From: Negaprion brevirostris
Taxonomy: Eukaryota
Reading direction: 5' to 3'
NCBI GenBank assembly: GCA_030324005.1
Contig: JARDVH010000097.1
Location: 43,019,796 to 43,083,795, forward strand
DNA: 64,000 nucleotides
Of this stretch, positions 1 to 13,381 are shown one piece after another. The translations under genes were made by a program, and so were the position numbers. Numbering within the stretch: the first letter of the stretch is position 1; each line of letters starts with the position of its first letter. The notes under the pieces were generated by a model. The model saw nothing but the letters and a program-made list of their open reading frames with translations. It was not told where the DNA came from and did not search any database.

Positions 1-690
1 TATGCAGAACTCCAGACAAATATTCCCTGAAAATTTGCCACATTTCTTCTGTACATTTCCCTGAGAAAACCTCTTTCTAATTTAAGCCTCTAATTTCCTG
101 CCTGATAGCCTCATTAATTCCCCTTACTCCAAATAAACACTTTTCTAGCTTGTTTGATCCTATCTCTCTCCAATGCTAATGTAAAGGAGATAGAGTTATG
201 ATCACTATTCCCAAAATGCTCTCTTACTGAGAGATCTGACACCTGTCCAGACTCATTTCCCAATACCAAATCAAGTACAGCCTCTCCTCTTGTAGGCTTA
301 TCCACAGTGTGTCAGGAAACCCTCTTGAACACGTCTAACAAACTCCCCCCCCCAATCTAAACCCCTTACTCTAGGGAGATTCCAATCAAAATTTGGGAAA
401 TTAAAATCTCCCATCACGACAACTCTGTTATTATTACACCTTTTCAGCATCTGCTTCCCTATCTGCTCCTCAACATGCCTGTTACTATTGGGCGGCCTAT
501 AGAAAACACACAGTAAAGTTAATAGCCCCTTCCTGTTCTGAACCTCCACCCACACAGACTCTGTAGACAATCCCTCCATGAAGTCCATCTTTTCTGCAGC
601 CATGACACTGTCTCTGGTCAACAGTGCCACTCCTCCACCTCTTTTGCCTCCCTCCCTGTCCCTTCTCAAACATCTGAAACCTGGCACTTG
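1..690 (-). mobile_element. CR1-clade LINE ORF2 fragment (apurinic-like endonuclease domain), frameshifted
   Basis: ORFs 298-795 and 114-305 contain RRDREGGKRGGGVALL, FYRPPNS, VVMGDFNFP, PTRGEAVLDLVLGN and SDHNSI, which are CR1 endonuclease motifs. Confidence 0.92.
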
Positions 691-930
691 AAGATGGTGG
701 AGGAGAAAAGACTCCTGTCTGGAGGGAGAAATCAAGAACTTTAATATTAAATGGGAGAATGGATTGCTCAGATATGACTTCAGTATGTGCTTCATGGGTT
801 GTTGTTAGTCACCAGTTATAGAATTAAGATAGGGAAGGAAGGTGGTCATGAATACATACTGGGGAAGAGCACAGGGGAACCGATTGTGCAGCATCTCTAT
901 ACAGTTCCATTCCTCCCATTGTGATAACAG

Positions 931-1281
931 AGGACAGCACAGTGGTTAGCACTGATGCCTCAAAGTGCCAGGGGCCCTGGTTCAATTCCAGCCTTGGGGT
1001 GACTATTATATGGAATTTGCTCAATGTTCGTGTCTGCTTGGCTTTCCTCCGGGTGCTCTGCTTTCCTCCCACAGTCAAAACATGTGTGAGTTAGATGGAT
1101 TGGCTATGCTGAATTGTCCCTTAGTGTACCAACATGTGTAAATTAGGGGCATTAGCAAGGTAAACATGTGGGATTATGGGGATAGGACAGGAGACTTGGC
1201 TCAGGTAAACAATCTGCCAGAGACTTGGTGCAGACTAAATGGACCAATTGACCTCCTCCTGCATTGCAAAGATTCTATGAT
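931..1281 (+). mobile_element. HE1-like tRNA-derived SINE
   Basis: A-box-like (cagtggttagcactg) and B-box-like (ggttcaattcc) head, core tttcctccgggtgctctgctttcctcccacagtc, and a CR1-like tail ending gattctatga. Confidence 0.85.
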
Positions 1282-2913
1282 GCCCAACACTGACCCCCAA
1301 TATACTGCTATATTTCTCCTCTTTGCTGACTACTCTCCAACCAGCACTGTTCTGAGTTCTATCTCCTCAACAGACCATCTTCTTTATTTTAAGAATCTTC
1401 CTTAGCAACATGTGGGAAAATGCAGCCAAATCGACTTGTCACAATGGATTGGAGGATAATGAAACCACGAAGGAGCAGGAAAAAGAAAAGTTGAAGATTC
1501 AACTCCGAGGAGATTGAGAGGGAGCAGGGAAGGAAAATTCAGATCTGTAGGTGAAGGGTTATTTGGACTGAGGCATGGAACAGCTAATTATTAGAAATAT
1601 TATCAGTATCCTTACAGGCGTAGACAGTGCTCCCAAAATTCTGACAATTGTACTATACTCGATGGCTCCGTGACTGAGTGGGACTTCACCCAATGCTGCG
1701 CAAAATTGTCTCCCTGCAGCAGCCATTGAAAATTATCTCATGTCTTCAGATTCATTACTGACCTTCACACTTATAAACTGATATAGTTCTCTTACACGTT
1801 TTGCACAACAAACATGTTGAACTACCTTTTCTACCACTCTCCAACAGCAGCCTGTATCTCAATCACCTCCCAGCTTTGGTGGCATCTATTAATACATATG
1901 CAGGATCAGGAACATCAAAGCAGGGAAGAAAATCAACTTAATCAGAAAACTTTGAACTAACTGATTTACAAGTGATCATATTCTTGAACCGTGAACAACA
2001 TTACAAACTTTATGCAAATCATGCAGTTTGTTGCAAATTGGCTTAAGGTGACAATGATCAAGAGTGACTGGCAATGCCATCTGCCATTACCTGATGTTCT
2101 GCGCCATTTAAACACATCAGCCTTGTATGCTCTCTTAAGACAGGTTTATGCTCTTTTACATTTCTCCCACTCTCCTGTTTGTAACAGGTGTGAGAGACAG
2201 AGAAAGAAGAAGGAGATGGTAGGAGATATTGACTGCTACAAAAAAATCCTGTGAGCCACGAGCAGTCAGAAGTGTCTGCAATCTGTGTATGCTTTTGGGT
2301 GCCAAGATAGAATAGGCAAATTGTCTGTAATTCAGTGCTGTTTTTCTTTGTAGCTGGATTTTTTATGTTTTATAAACATTTATGAAAAGTATATGCAATT
2401 TTGTGGATATTTGAATAGTTGCTTATGTTTACAAATTAATTAACCTTTCTGTAATCAAGAGTCTGAATTCAAAGATTTTCTTTCAATTGTTCTTTTAGTG
2501 AATGAGAGAATTGAGCCAGTGATATAATGAAATACTTGCTGAATTACATAACTAAAAAAACAAACTAAAAGGTAACTGCTTCAAATGCCATTTTAAAAAA
2601 AATGAGAAATACACTGAGCGCATGCAAAAGATAAAACATTGTATCTGATTCAGCAGACCAATTGTTAAAATGTTAATTAAGTGCTGGTTCCTTCAAGGTG
2701 AATAACAATATGCACAGATAAGTACATAAAACCAACACACAAACAAATGTCAGTCATGAACAGAATTCACAACCTTCCCTTGAAAACGGACACCAAAACT
2801 TTTTTTTAAAAATCAAAGCCAGATCTCAGAACATTTTTGATTGAAAACTGAATTACTTGCATGGAATATTTCAAAATGACAACATGGGTGACCNNNNNNN
2901 NNNNNNNNNNNNC

Positions 2914-3745
2914 CATGTTGTTTTCATCCCCTGTCCCATACCCTTTTCATTCATTTTTATTTACTAAACTCGTTGTTATATATGGGCACAGACTCTGCTT
3001 TGATCACCAATTCCTGACCTTCTACAGCCTCAAATCACTGCAAAATATATTATCTTGCCCTCTGTGCTAAATCTCTTCTATTTAATCTTATATCCATACC
3101 CCTTTCTTCTAGATCCCCCACTCACTGGAAGCCACCCGACTCCCATATATTCTATTCCTTCATAAATTTAAGTACCTTGGAATGACACAATAATTTCATC
3201 TGTTCTGATCAAAATAGATTCAATATTTTGTGTGCTTTTGTATTTGAATTTTTTCATACAAGGTTGTGCCCTAGTAAATGCATGCTGTCCCATTACTACC
3301 ATCTCCCTACAGTGTGGAGGCCAAAGTTACGCACAGCACTCCAACTATTGGTCTTGCTGTGCTTTTAAATAGATGAATTATATTTCGATTTTTGTATTCC
3401 TCACTTATACCATTGGTTTTTTGGGGGCTCATCCACTTAACATGCTGATTTTCATGTCTTGCAAACCGAAACCCTCAAATGCCTTGGTTCTTCCACATCA
3501 CCTAACTTTCCTAGCCAGATGGGTTTTTTTGCTTTAGAATATTATACCAGATCAGAGTGTCATCTGCCTTTATTTTACCCATTCCATCATCTTGCCAGCA
3601 TTACCCTGAACTCTCCTGATCATTCCCATTACAAGCCTTCCATTATAGTTTTAGCTGCAAATTTGAACACCACTTCTTTAACCCTGTTGATAATCATTGA
3701 TAGACACAATCAGTGGACCAGAATAGAAATCTGTGCCTGTTGAAA
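2914..3745 (-). mobile_element. Old CR1 LINE 3' fragment
   Basis: Degenerate antisense CR1 RT and 3' sequence (e.g. cacagcactccaact, tgcaaatttgaacacc). Confidence 0.55.
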
Positions 3746-4368
3746 GGAGAGTTATTTTGTGACCGAAGAATGGAAAGCTCTAGCTCCAAAACAAAAAGTT
3801 TATGAAATCCTATGAAGCACTTGCAAAGCTTCCGCTTTCTTGTTGAAAAAACCCATGTTCTGTATTTGTATCGGCATATTATAGGGAAAAGTGCATCTTT
3901 AAGCCAATGATCATTAATATTCCATCAATATACCTCTTATGCCATACTTGTCAAATTAAATTCCACCCATAACTACCAAACTGGTGACCCTTTTTCAGGG
4001 CAGTATTAAGACCTCTCTCTCCAGACACAAGCAATGTGCTGAATGACAGAAGTAATTTTTTTTAATATAAACACTTCAAATAGACACATCATTAAAGTTT
4101 AAGCACATCCATTCACTATTAAACTAGATACAGAATAGGCTAGGTTCTCTTTATAGCAACCCCAAACTTAGGAAGACTAGAAGGTTGGCATTCTAATAAG
4201 TGGTCAAATAGGCAAAACAAAGCCTTTTACCATGCAAGCTTATAAAAATTGAAAATTGAATGCTACAACTGCTCCAATAAAAATCATTTGCAAGTGTTGC
4301 TTCTCCCTTCATTTTATTTATTACTTTATCCACCCACTCTTTCCGACACTGCTTCTCTCTCCGCTTAC

Positions 4369-4487
4369 CTGAAGTTGTTGTGTTCATTAGGCTCTGCTGC
4401 AGAGACACTGGGCTGGAAGGAGTAGTTGAATTTAACACAGACATGGGTTTCCTTGGATCTTGCCATGTTGTTGTCTGTTCAATGTGA
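4369..4487 (-). CDS. YAP1: Internal coding exon of YAP1 (exon 3 equivalent: end of WW1 and the WW1-WW2 linker)
   Basis: On the minus strand a polypyrimidine tract and acceptor (cctttttctctttttaccatag) precede a 119-nt exon ending at a CAG|gtaag donor. It translates as [40 protein letters not shown]. Human YAP1, from memory, reads [39 protein letters not shown] with the same phase-2 and phase-1 boundaries. The match is closer to YAP1 than to the paralogue WWTR1/TAZ. Confidence 0.93.
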
Positions 4488-7465
4488 CTATGGTAAAAAG
4501 AGAAAAAGGAAAATCAGTGTGGTCATTTCCCACTTTAAAATCAAAATAGACAATTTTTTTTTGCCCAACTACAGTATGGGTCTACAGTTCTCTCTTTACC
4601 TGTAGATTAGTACAGGCCTCAAAATAGTGTCAGGACAAAGAAATCAGCCTAGTTTTGTCAGCCCTGAGCCATCAAAACACTTTCAAGAATAAAACAAAGA
4701 AGTTCATACAGAAAGCCACATATACAGTAAGGGCTTCCAATTGATGAGTTCATCAGAAAGCTGGTTCATGTGGAAGAGAAATTTCTATCAAGCCTCTATG
4801 GAAAAAAAAATTAAATACAAGATCTGGTGAGAAAGCAGCAAGTAGACATGAACACATCCATAGGTACAAAAAAGGTTGTTTTAAACCACTTCCAAATTTT
4901 TAAGCAATGTAAATCATTTCTGTGGTTTGTAATATATAATGAAAGGCCAAGAAACAACAAATTGTTAAAATGAATTGCCCAGTTTGTCTTCTTATTATAG
5001 TTTTAGTATCAATTTCAGAAACATTTTAAATTGTTCTCAACAAAGAATCCAAAATGTTGGTGTATTTTACAGTTGTCATACTTGCAGCCATTTTTTTCCC
5101 CTGTTGTTCCCCCAAGCCTGATCTTCCCTTCAACTTGGATAGGTTCAATGCAACCATCCATAGAAAGATACAAGAACATAGGCAAACACAAAAACCAAAA
5201 CGAGGTCCTTGAACCTTACTCTCCTACACTTTCCATGTACAATTTACTTTATTATGGTCGTGAACAATCCATTTAAATTTTGTTTGTGAATAAATAAAAC
5301 TGCATCTTTAACAATGCAAACCTAACAATGTTCATCTATTTTTACCACTTCAGCACTTCTTTACTAGCTTCCAGGCTATTTTTGTCTGTCAACGCCTCCC
5401 CAGTTTCCCAAAACCAGAACCAAATCAACCCAGCCCCACAATGCCGAAGCCACTGCCTCTAAGCAGCATGCAATTCTTTCAGTACGTACTTGTCCCTAAA
5501 CAAACCTTTTCCAGTTGTTCAAAACATTCCCAATTTTGCTGGGGCTAAGTCACATAAACCAAATTGAACAGATCCTATGGATATTTTTCATTGCTACAAC
5601 AGATTTGCAGTAGCAGGAAAGACAGGGCATGCTGTGGCAGCACTGACTGGATGAACTGCAACGCATCAAAGTGGCAGCTCATCACCTCCTCAGGGCAACA
5701 AACGTGACCTTGTCCACATTCCAAGAACAAATAAACAAACAGCATTTCAATGGGAGAGGTGGACATAGCGCATTTAAAGAGTTCAGATTATGTGACTAAA
5801 TTTTGCACAGAGCTGTGATTCATCATCTTGAATGCTGTAATCCAAAAGAGATGTGCATTTGTTAAATGATGGATTTCTTTTTAAGAATAATTTAGCATTC
5901 CACATCCTTCTTATCTGCTCACCACAGTAAAATTACAAACAAATGAACCCTAACACTGCATCAGGTTAATATTTATACTTTATTCAACATTTTTTTTAGA
6001 AAAAGATAAACTTTCCACTGAGGTAAAGCTCGATTAATCATTCTGCAGCTCTTGAAAAATTGATTACACACCATTATCCTCATTAGAATTATGGAATTTT
6101 CACAATGTGTGGTCCCACTAGGTAGTAGGGCTGCTGAGGATGAAGGTGGTTGTGTTACAACATTTTAAAAGATCTGCTCCAAAACATTTGCCCAATACTT
6201 GCACACCACAGAACATGAACTACACCAAGGACACATGCGTCTCAACAACTAAGTCCCCAAACACCAAAAGCATTACAACTGCAGCTACTTCTTAATTGAC
6301 TGTAAAGCATTTTGGGAAGTAGTGAAAGGTGCTATATAAATGTAAGTTATTTTCACCTCCCTGGTTGTACAGCCACTTCTCCTGCTGCTGTGTCCTGGAG
6401 AGATTACAACAGGATGATTGGCAAGACAAATGGAGGTGGTTATGGAACAAATATGAAAAGAAACGCTGGGTCAAGAGGAGGTGTAAATGGCAAAAGCAAT
6501 TGCATTATCAGAACATTCTGTCTAAAAATGGGAGCAGTGGTTATGATCTGAAGCTATTTAAACATTAGAGTCCTTTCTTAAAAAATTCTTTTTCAAGTTT
6601 AAATTTACAAATTCTCCATTTTATGATGCTTCTTAAATCCTTCCTCTTTGACCATGTGGTCATCTGACCCAATATCTCCTTATGTGAATAGATTGTTATT
6701 CCTTAATGCCCTATTGATTCACCTTCAGATGTTTTATTACATCAAAGGCACTACATAAGTATAAGCTGTTGGAATTATTAATGTAGAAGGGCTAACTGGA
6801 CAGCTCTTTCAAAGGCCAAATGGGCGAATGACTATCTTCTGAGCTGTACAGTTCTATGTTTCAATAAAAATGACAATGGTTTTAAGATCAAAGATAGCTC
6901 GTTTACATGGCTTTGAAGACGCTTCAAAAATGTCACAAAACAAATTCCCTTTTGGTCGGATTAGAGCTGCAAAAGTGGTAAATTATCATTAATCTTCTAA
7001 ACAAGGTTTCTTTGAATTGTATGAGGTTGTTGAATAATGTATGTATAGGCTTGAATAAGTTAGTTCTTTTTTCTGATAATTTTACCTCTTTTCCAAAACA
7101 GCACAAGGAATAGGAGTCAACTGGATAAGTCCTCAAGGCTGCATATCCTTGGTTCATCTTCTACCTCAATTTAACTTTCCTACCCTATCCTCATATCCCT
7201 TTATTTCCTTAGTCTCTTTTGAAGATATTGACATTCTCAGGTCTAGTGTCCCTTTCATTAATCCAATGACGAATGAGACCAATTATTAGGTTCCTAATGT
7301 TGTCCTGACTGATATCAGTTAATTCAGCTGAGACCAAGGATTGATCTGATCAATCCTTTACAAGTTAGCTACTGAGGGAACCCCACTGAGATAAAAACAT
7401 TTTGAAAAGTCAATACCATTGTGCAAGTCTCACCACAACTTTAAACTCTCTTCAAATGGTATTAA

Positions 7466-7537
7466 GAACGTAAGAACATAAGAAATAGGAGCAGGAGTAG
7501 GCCATCCAGCCCTTCGAGCCTGCCCCGCCATTCAATA
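7466..7537 (-). mobile_element. Young CR1 LINE 3' end, truncated by a gap
   Basis: The sequence taagaacataagaaataggagcaggagtaggcc...ttcaata is the antisense CR1 tail and is a near reverse complement of 14101-14174. Confidence 0.85.
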
Positions 7538-7639
7538 NNNNNNNNNNNNNNNNNNNNNNNNNNNNNNNNNNNNNNNNNNNNNNNNNNNNNNNNNNNNNNN
7601 NNNNNNNNNNNNNNNNNNNNNNNNNNNNNNNNNNNNNCA

Positions 7640-7930
7640 AAAATGAGACACCAAGCTACACAAAGATATAATAGGTCAGACAACCAAACGTTGTGTCAAA
7701 AATTTTAGTTTTAAGGAAGGAGAAAAAAGTGGAAGAGTTTAGGGACACAATTCTGTAGCTTTGGGCAAGGCAACTAAAGGCATACCAATTCTGCAGCAAA
7801 TAAAATTGGGGATGAGTAAGAGGTCAGAATCAGAGAAGTGCAGTGATCTTCAAGGCTTGTATAAGTAAGAGCAGGGTGGGATGGGAGCAGCAAGCAAGGA
7901 AGGATTTTAAAAATCACGATGTCACTGTAC
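7640..7930 (-). mobile_element. L2 LINE 3' fragment
   Basis: Resembles the antisense L2 3' region also seen at 52970-53430. Confidence 0.5.
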
Positions 7931-9229
7931 CAACAGTCAATGTAACACCCAACACAGGGTTGATGGGTGAACACTATTGTGTTACAGAGTTCTTCACACA
8001 AACTTATCAATCACACACTGAATAATGGTAACAGGAACTTTGGGTTATTTTAATTGAAAACTCAACACTATATGTACACAAGTTACAACAGAATACTATA
8101 TATACATCTCACCAGGAAACTCCTACCACATGCAAATTATTACTTCCTGCACACTAGTGATAATACACACTTACTATTCACATATTCCACTAAAGCAATA
8201 TCTCAGCAAACCCTTTCCCTTAAAAATGATGTTACAAAAGTATAAACACAAGAGAACAGAATTACTGTAAACACTATTCATATAAAATTTAGACATTCAT
8301 CCATTATTAGTCACTAAAGCTTATTGTTGACATTATGCCCAGACCCCATAATAGTAAAGCTCTTCTGAGATCTAGAATAACTATTCCGGTCCTTGACTCA
8401 ATGTAGACCTGTGGGTGTCCTACAATTTGCATTGTGTTGGTTGTCTTTCTAGCAGCAACGTGTCCCAATTCCACTCAAAGCTCACTCGCAAATGTTTCTC
8501 AATACCAATGGAGTGCTTTATTTGGTCATTTCCCTCAGTTGACATTGGTTCTTCCCAATGTCATTCCAACAGACGTTGTGACTTCACATGATCTCAGTCC
8601 ACTGCAAACCTTAAGACGCCTTTGCAGGGGACAAGGCTCCTTTCTGCTGGGCGAATAACAAGACTTTTGTCCCACGTGTAAGCTGGGCAACTGCATGCTA
8701 ATCATGTGTAGAATTCATCTTCTCCTGCTTCTGCAATAGCCTTTCCCTCACCAATACAAGCCTGGACAACTGAATAACGTTGTGAGAATTTCAGTGCCAA
8801 TATAATGTCAAGTATGTTGGTCACACTTCCCAACAATTGGCTGATCGAGTCAACCAGATTTCTTTTATGTTCATAATAGGCATAGTACAGGCAGTACTCG
8901 ACCAGCCCATTTGCAAAACCTTAAACAAAATAGCTGTTACGTTGCGATTCCATGATTGAGCAGCACTTGCTGAAAATCCCGAGTGTTCCAACATCTACAC
9001 TAACAACAATTTAAAATAATCAGTCAAGCTTGTAATATTGCATACTTACGCTTGCTAGAAGCAAGACCCATTCTCTACAACAAAAAGATATTCAATCCTT
9101 GTACCTTTTTTTGTATTACAATAAGCCCTCAATTAAAAATTGTAGCTGCATTCCTGAAAATCATGACTTTAAGTGAAACAACTTAAAATGCTTCATGGGT
9201 TACCATCAGAATCAATGTTAGAGGTGGAA

Positions 9230-10175
9230 TTAGGTTCACTGAGGCATTTCACACAGAGAACCAAACATCCCAATGCTCTGCACAAGAGCTCTGCAATTTC
9301 TCATCATTTGCATAATGTGCTTTTTTTCAATCTTCCTGCCAAATTAGATAATTTCACATTTTCCGATATTATACTCTTTGTCAGATCTTTTCCCACTTAC
9401 TTAACCTATCTATACTTTCTTATAGCATCATGTCCTCTTCACTTTCCTACCAATCTGATCAGCAGCAAATTTGGCAACCATTTCTTAATCCCTTCATCCA
9501 AATCATTTATATAAATTGTAAACAGCTGAAATCCCACACATGTACATCTTGCCAACCTGACTCATTTATGCCCACCCTCTGATTCCAGCCAAATCTTCTG
9601 TCCATGTCAATATGTTACCCCTATGTGTTATTATTGTTTTTATTATTGCTTCTGGAAATCTATGTATTGTACATCCATCCTTTATCCACAGCTCATGTTA
9701 TTTCTTCGAAGAACTCCAATAAGTTGGTTAAACATGATTCCCATTGCACAAAATCTTGTTGAGTCTGCCTGATAACCATGAGCTTATCCAACTGCCCTGC
9801 TATAACTTCTTTAATAACATCTTCCAACATTTCCCTACAACAGATGTTAGCTCAGTGGCCTGCAGTTTCCTGATTTTTGTCTCCCTTCCATTTTGAATAT
9901 TGAGTTATATTTGTTACCTTCCAATCTAATGGTGACTTTCCCAAACCTAAGAAGTTTTGGATAATTAAAACCAGTATATCATATATCTCACTCAACACTT
10001 CTTTTAAGATGCTCAGATGAAGTCAATCAGGACCCAAGTTCTTGTCAGCCTGCAGCTCCCACAATTTACTCAGTACCACTCCTCTGGTGAAAGTAATTTT
10101 CCCATCCCTTACAGTTCCTGGTTTATAGCTGCTTCTGGGATATTACTTGTATCCTCTACAACGAAGACTGATGAA
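9230..10175 (-). mobile_element. CR1 LINE RT-region fragment
   Basis: Antisense CR1 RT signatures (cagcaaatttggcaacc, ccaaatcatttatataaattg, ttcttcgaagaactccaataagttggttaaacatgatt). Confidence 0.8.
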
Positions 10176-10595
10176 AGATGAAGACTATAGTTATGTGGAG
10201 AGGCTGGAGAACCCCTAGTTTTCTTCCCTCAGAGCAGAGAAAGTTAGAAGATTTGATAGAAGAAGTGTTCAAATTGATTATTTATTATGTTAAAGAGAAA
10301 TTGCTTCCAATATAGAGGGTCAGAAATCTGAGGACACAGATTTAACCCCATTGGAAGGGCCAGCAAATGATGAAACTTTTTTTTGAAACCACTTGAGTTA
10401 TCCTCTGGAAAGTACCAATGGAAGTGGATTCAATGGTAACTTTCAAAGGGGAATTGCATGAATACTTGATAGGAGAATATTACCGATCTATTGGGAAAGA
10501 GAAGGGATATGAGGGCTACATGTAATTGATTGTTATTTCAAAGAGCTGGCATAGGCATGACAGGCCGAATGGCAGTGTAATTTGAATGTTCTATA
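10176..10595 (+). mobile_element. CR1 LINE 3' end fragment
   Basis: Runs from gttatgtggagaggctggag through ttcaaaggggaattg to tttcaaagagctggcataggcatgacaggccgaatggc. Confidence 0.75.
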
Positions 10596-11247
10596 TCTTT
10601 ACAATATAAGCTGAGGAGGTGCCCTGGGTTTGATCTTCTAACCCTTTTCCTAAATGCCAAAGAAAATCTCTGCTATATTTTCATCCGCAAGGGTCAGAAA
10701 CCTCTGCTTTCTTTTGCAGCTCTTCCAGTCATACAACTAAATACATTTCAAAAATCATTTAGTGATCTTTCAATCATAAAATGCTGCATTTTATGTTCAC
10801 ATCTCCTTTTATCTCTGCATCTTGGGGAAACTAAACACAAACGATTTGCCGACTAAGCATTCGTGATCCACTGAAGAAAACATTTAATCTATATAACAGA
10901 TGGTTACCTAAGCCCTCCAATCACCTTCAGGTAGGTTTCTAGTATTCTTTGTCCAGAGCTCTGCAGAATAATGTCAGTAGGTTTTCTATCACTTATGCTC
11001 CCAAGCCAACTCCTGGGGTTGCAGGCAACCCTCCTAACATCTGAGGCAAACTCTCAGATGCAATACCAATGCACACAAATAGTGCAAAAACAAAAACGGC
11101 AATGGAACTCACANNNNNAAAGAATAAATAGCTAAAAACAAAACTATGTTAAGCGGGGCAACTTAAAGTGATGTATAACTGCACCAGAAATCTTAGGAAG
11201 GTGATGGTTCACTGCTGCTTTTTCCATGGCAACACATCAAAACATGA

Positions 11248-11561
11248 GGGGCAACACTGTGGCGAGCACTGCTGCCTCTCAGCGCCAGGGACCCGGGTTC
11301 GATTCCAGCCCTGGACGACTGTCTGCATGTTCTCTCCATGTCTGCGTGGGTTTTCTCTGGGTCATCTGGATTTCCCCCCACAGTCCAAAGATGTGCATGT
11401 TAGGTGCTAATTGGCTATTCTAAATTGTCCCTTACATTTCCTAAGATGTGGAGGTTAGGAGGATTATCAGCACTAGTGCAGGGTAAGATGCTTTGTTGAT
11501 GAGTCGGTCTATACTCGATGGGCCAAATATCCTCCTTCTGTACTACAGGGATTTTATGATT
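11248..11561 (+). mobile_element. HE1-like SINE
   Basis: Head gcactgctgcctctcagcgccagggacccgggttcgattcc, with the same core and tail type as 931-1281. Confidence 0.85.
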
Positions 11562-12979
11562 GTAATCAGGGTTGACTTGCCAACAAGTCAGAACCTTTTG
11601 CCCTTGCAGTCTAAACTGTGATTGTACAAAATTTGGTATTCTCACTTTTGTTCCGAAGAATGCAAAACAAAAAGCTTTGGCAACATGTCTCTTTTCAGCA
11701 AATATTAAGTTTTGTGCTACCCAACTGTCTGTAGTCATGTAATTGAGCAGTCTTTTTGAAGTAGACATTACTGTTGGCAGTCTGTTGAACACACCTAACT
11801 TTCAAAAATTAAACACAGAGGGAGGTAGCGTTTTAAAGCCTCAAGCTTTTGATGATGTCCTAACATCTGCTTTAATAGCTCATCAAATCTTCTTAATGCT
11901 CCTGTGAAGAGCTTTGGTGTATTTTATTATGTTAAGTGCTGTATAAATAGAAGTTGTTGTTATCACGTATCCTTATCAGGACTTGGTATTGCCACCATAC
12001 AGCAGGCAGTAAATACTGCTGAGCTCCTCGATCAAACTGACCAAAATCAAATTCACGCACAACCTCATCCAACGCACAATCCACCTACACATCTGTTACA
12101 GATCACCAAATTGTGATACAAAATAAGATCCACTTGGTTTTTTCCTGTTGCTTGCCTAGAGGCAAAGATCAGCTTTGATTTTACAAAGTGAATTGCAGAC
12201 CAATGACAAAGCTGACTTTCATGCCCAATCCTACCTTATTTGCTAATGCAATGGCAGTTTCCAAAGTTTGTCCGTAAGCTGGAGAACATTTTACTGTGTA
12301 AAGCACGAGGAGGTTGAATGATACTTTTGAAATTGATTAAAATTCCTGGATCCACATACTTTTAACATTGAACATATTGAGCGCAGGCAGGTTGGAACAC
12401 ATGTAAGGAAAAGCGTGCGCACATTCACGTTGGAATGCAAGTATGCTGACTCATTGAACTAATTCAGCATACTTAGTGGACCGGAACAGAAAGTGGCAAC
12501 ATCCCTAAATATCTTTGGTCTGTACAGCCAAATTGGGAGTGGCAATTGTGGAAAAACTGGAAAGTTAGGATGGGTAGTAATCTTTCACAGGGTATTTGCA
12601 GGAGTCATGACTTCAGTGATAGAAGACACAAGCTCAGAATGGAGCAGCTGTGAGATCTTGATGTTTAATTTGCATGCTTCCTTACCACATTTCACAACAT
12701 GTTTATCCACTGTATTATAATTCAGGTCAGGAACTTCAGTGTTTTATGAAGCCCACCTGAATCATACGCTTTGGACTTTGAATTTGGCCAGGATAAGCAT
12801 GATGTGTTTCACCTCAGGTATGATTCAANNNNNNNNNNNNNNNNNNNNNNNNNNNNNNNNNNNNNNNNNNNNNNNNNNNNNNNNNNNNNNNNNNNNNNAG
12901 CAATAACTTTTATCAATTGCAAACAGAAACAAAACTACCATGATAATGTATAACCATTAACAAATATTTAACAAACAAG

Positions 12980-13171
12980 ATGGGGAGAGTTGCAACAACA
13001 CATGAAACAGGATTTCATACAGGAGAGCAATTTGCTTGATGGTATCCTAGCCAGAAGTCTTAATTACTATTCTCACTTCACAAATCACCATACTGTGGGT
13101 GCAGAATGTATTATCTATGAGATATGCTGCAATAATCCTCTAAGTTACTTCAACAGCTCCTCTCTCCACCA
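12980..13171 (+). repeat. Copy 1 of a ~190-bp local direct duplication (LINE-derived)
   Basis: Aligns to 14939-15125; the last 57 bp are identical. Confidence 0.9.
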
Positions 13172-13381
13172 AAACTTCCCATAAGTAACTTTTTGCACAG
13201 GCTTAATAGAGCAAAGACTTAATGTTCATGTGAAACTGGAACTGAGTCCTTTGGTTGGAGAATTGAAGCCTGAACTCTCAGGCTTGTAACTTCTAGCAGC
13301 GCTCTGGGTACACTCAGCACGGTCTGAAATCAGAACAGCTTCCCAGAACACCAGGGAGAGTCTCTGGTCAAGCCACCAACA

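Larger units (their letters stand above)
1..4368 (-). other. YAP1: Probable YAP1 intron 3 (partial)
   Basis: Lies downstream of the gtaag donor; no WW2 exon (PLPDGWEQA...) seen in 1-4368. Confidence 0.7.

Noticed and set aside
4193-4444. 83-aa ORF as a standalone gene
   Set aside because: It is the in-frame part of the YAP1 exon reading through the gtaag donor into intron.
6329-6568. Trp/Lys-rich 79-aa ORF
   Set aside because: No homology or splice signals recognised. It starts inside an L2/SINE-type tail and is probably a chance ORF.
7930-9050. Possible LTR-element remnant (also 12900-13860 and a Penelope-like body at 20460-21100)
   Set aside because: The texture is suggestive, but I found no paired LTRs or translatable motifs to support a call.
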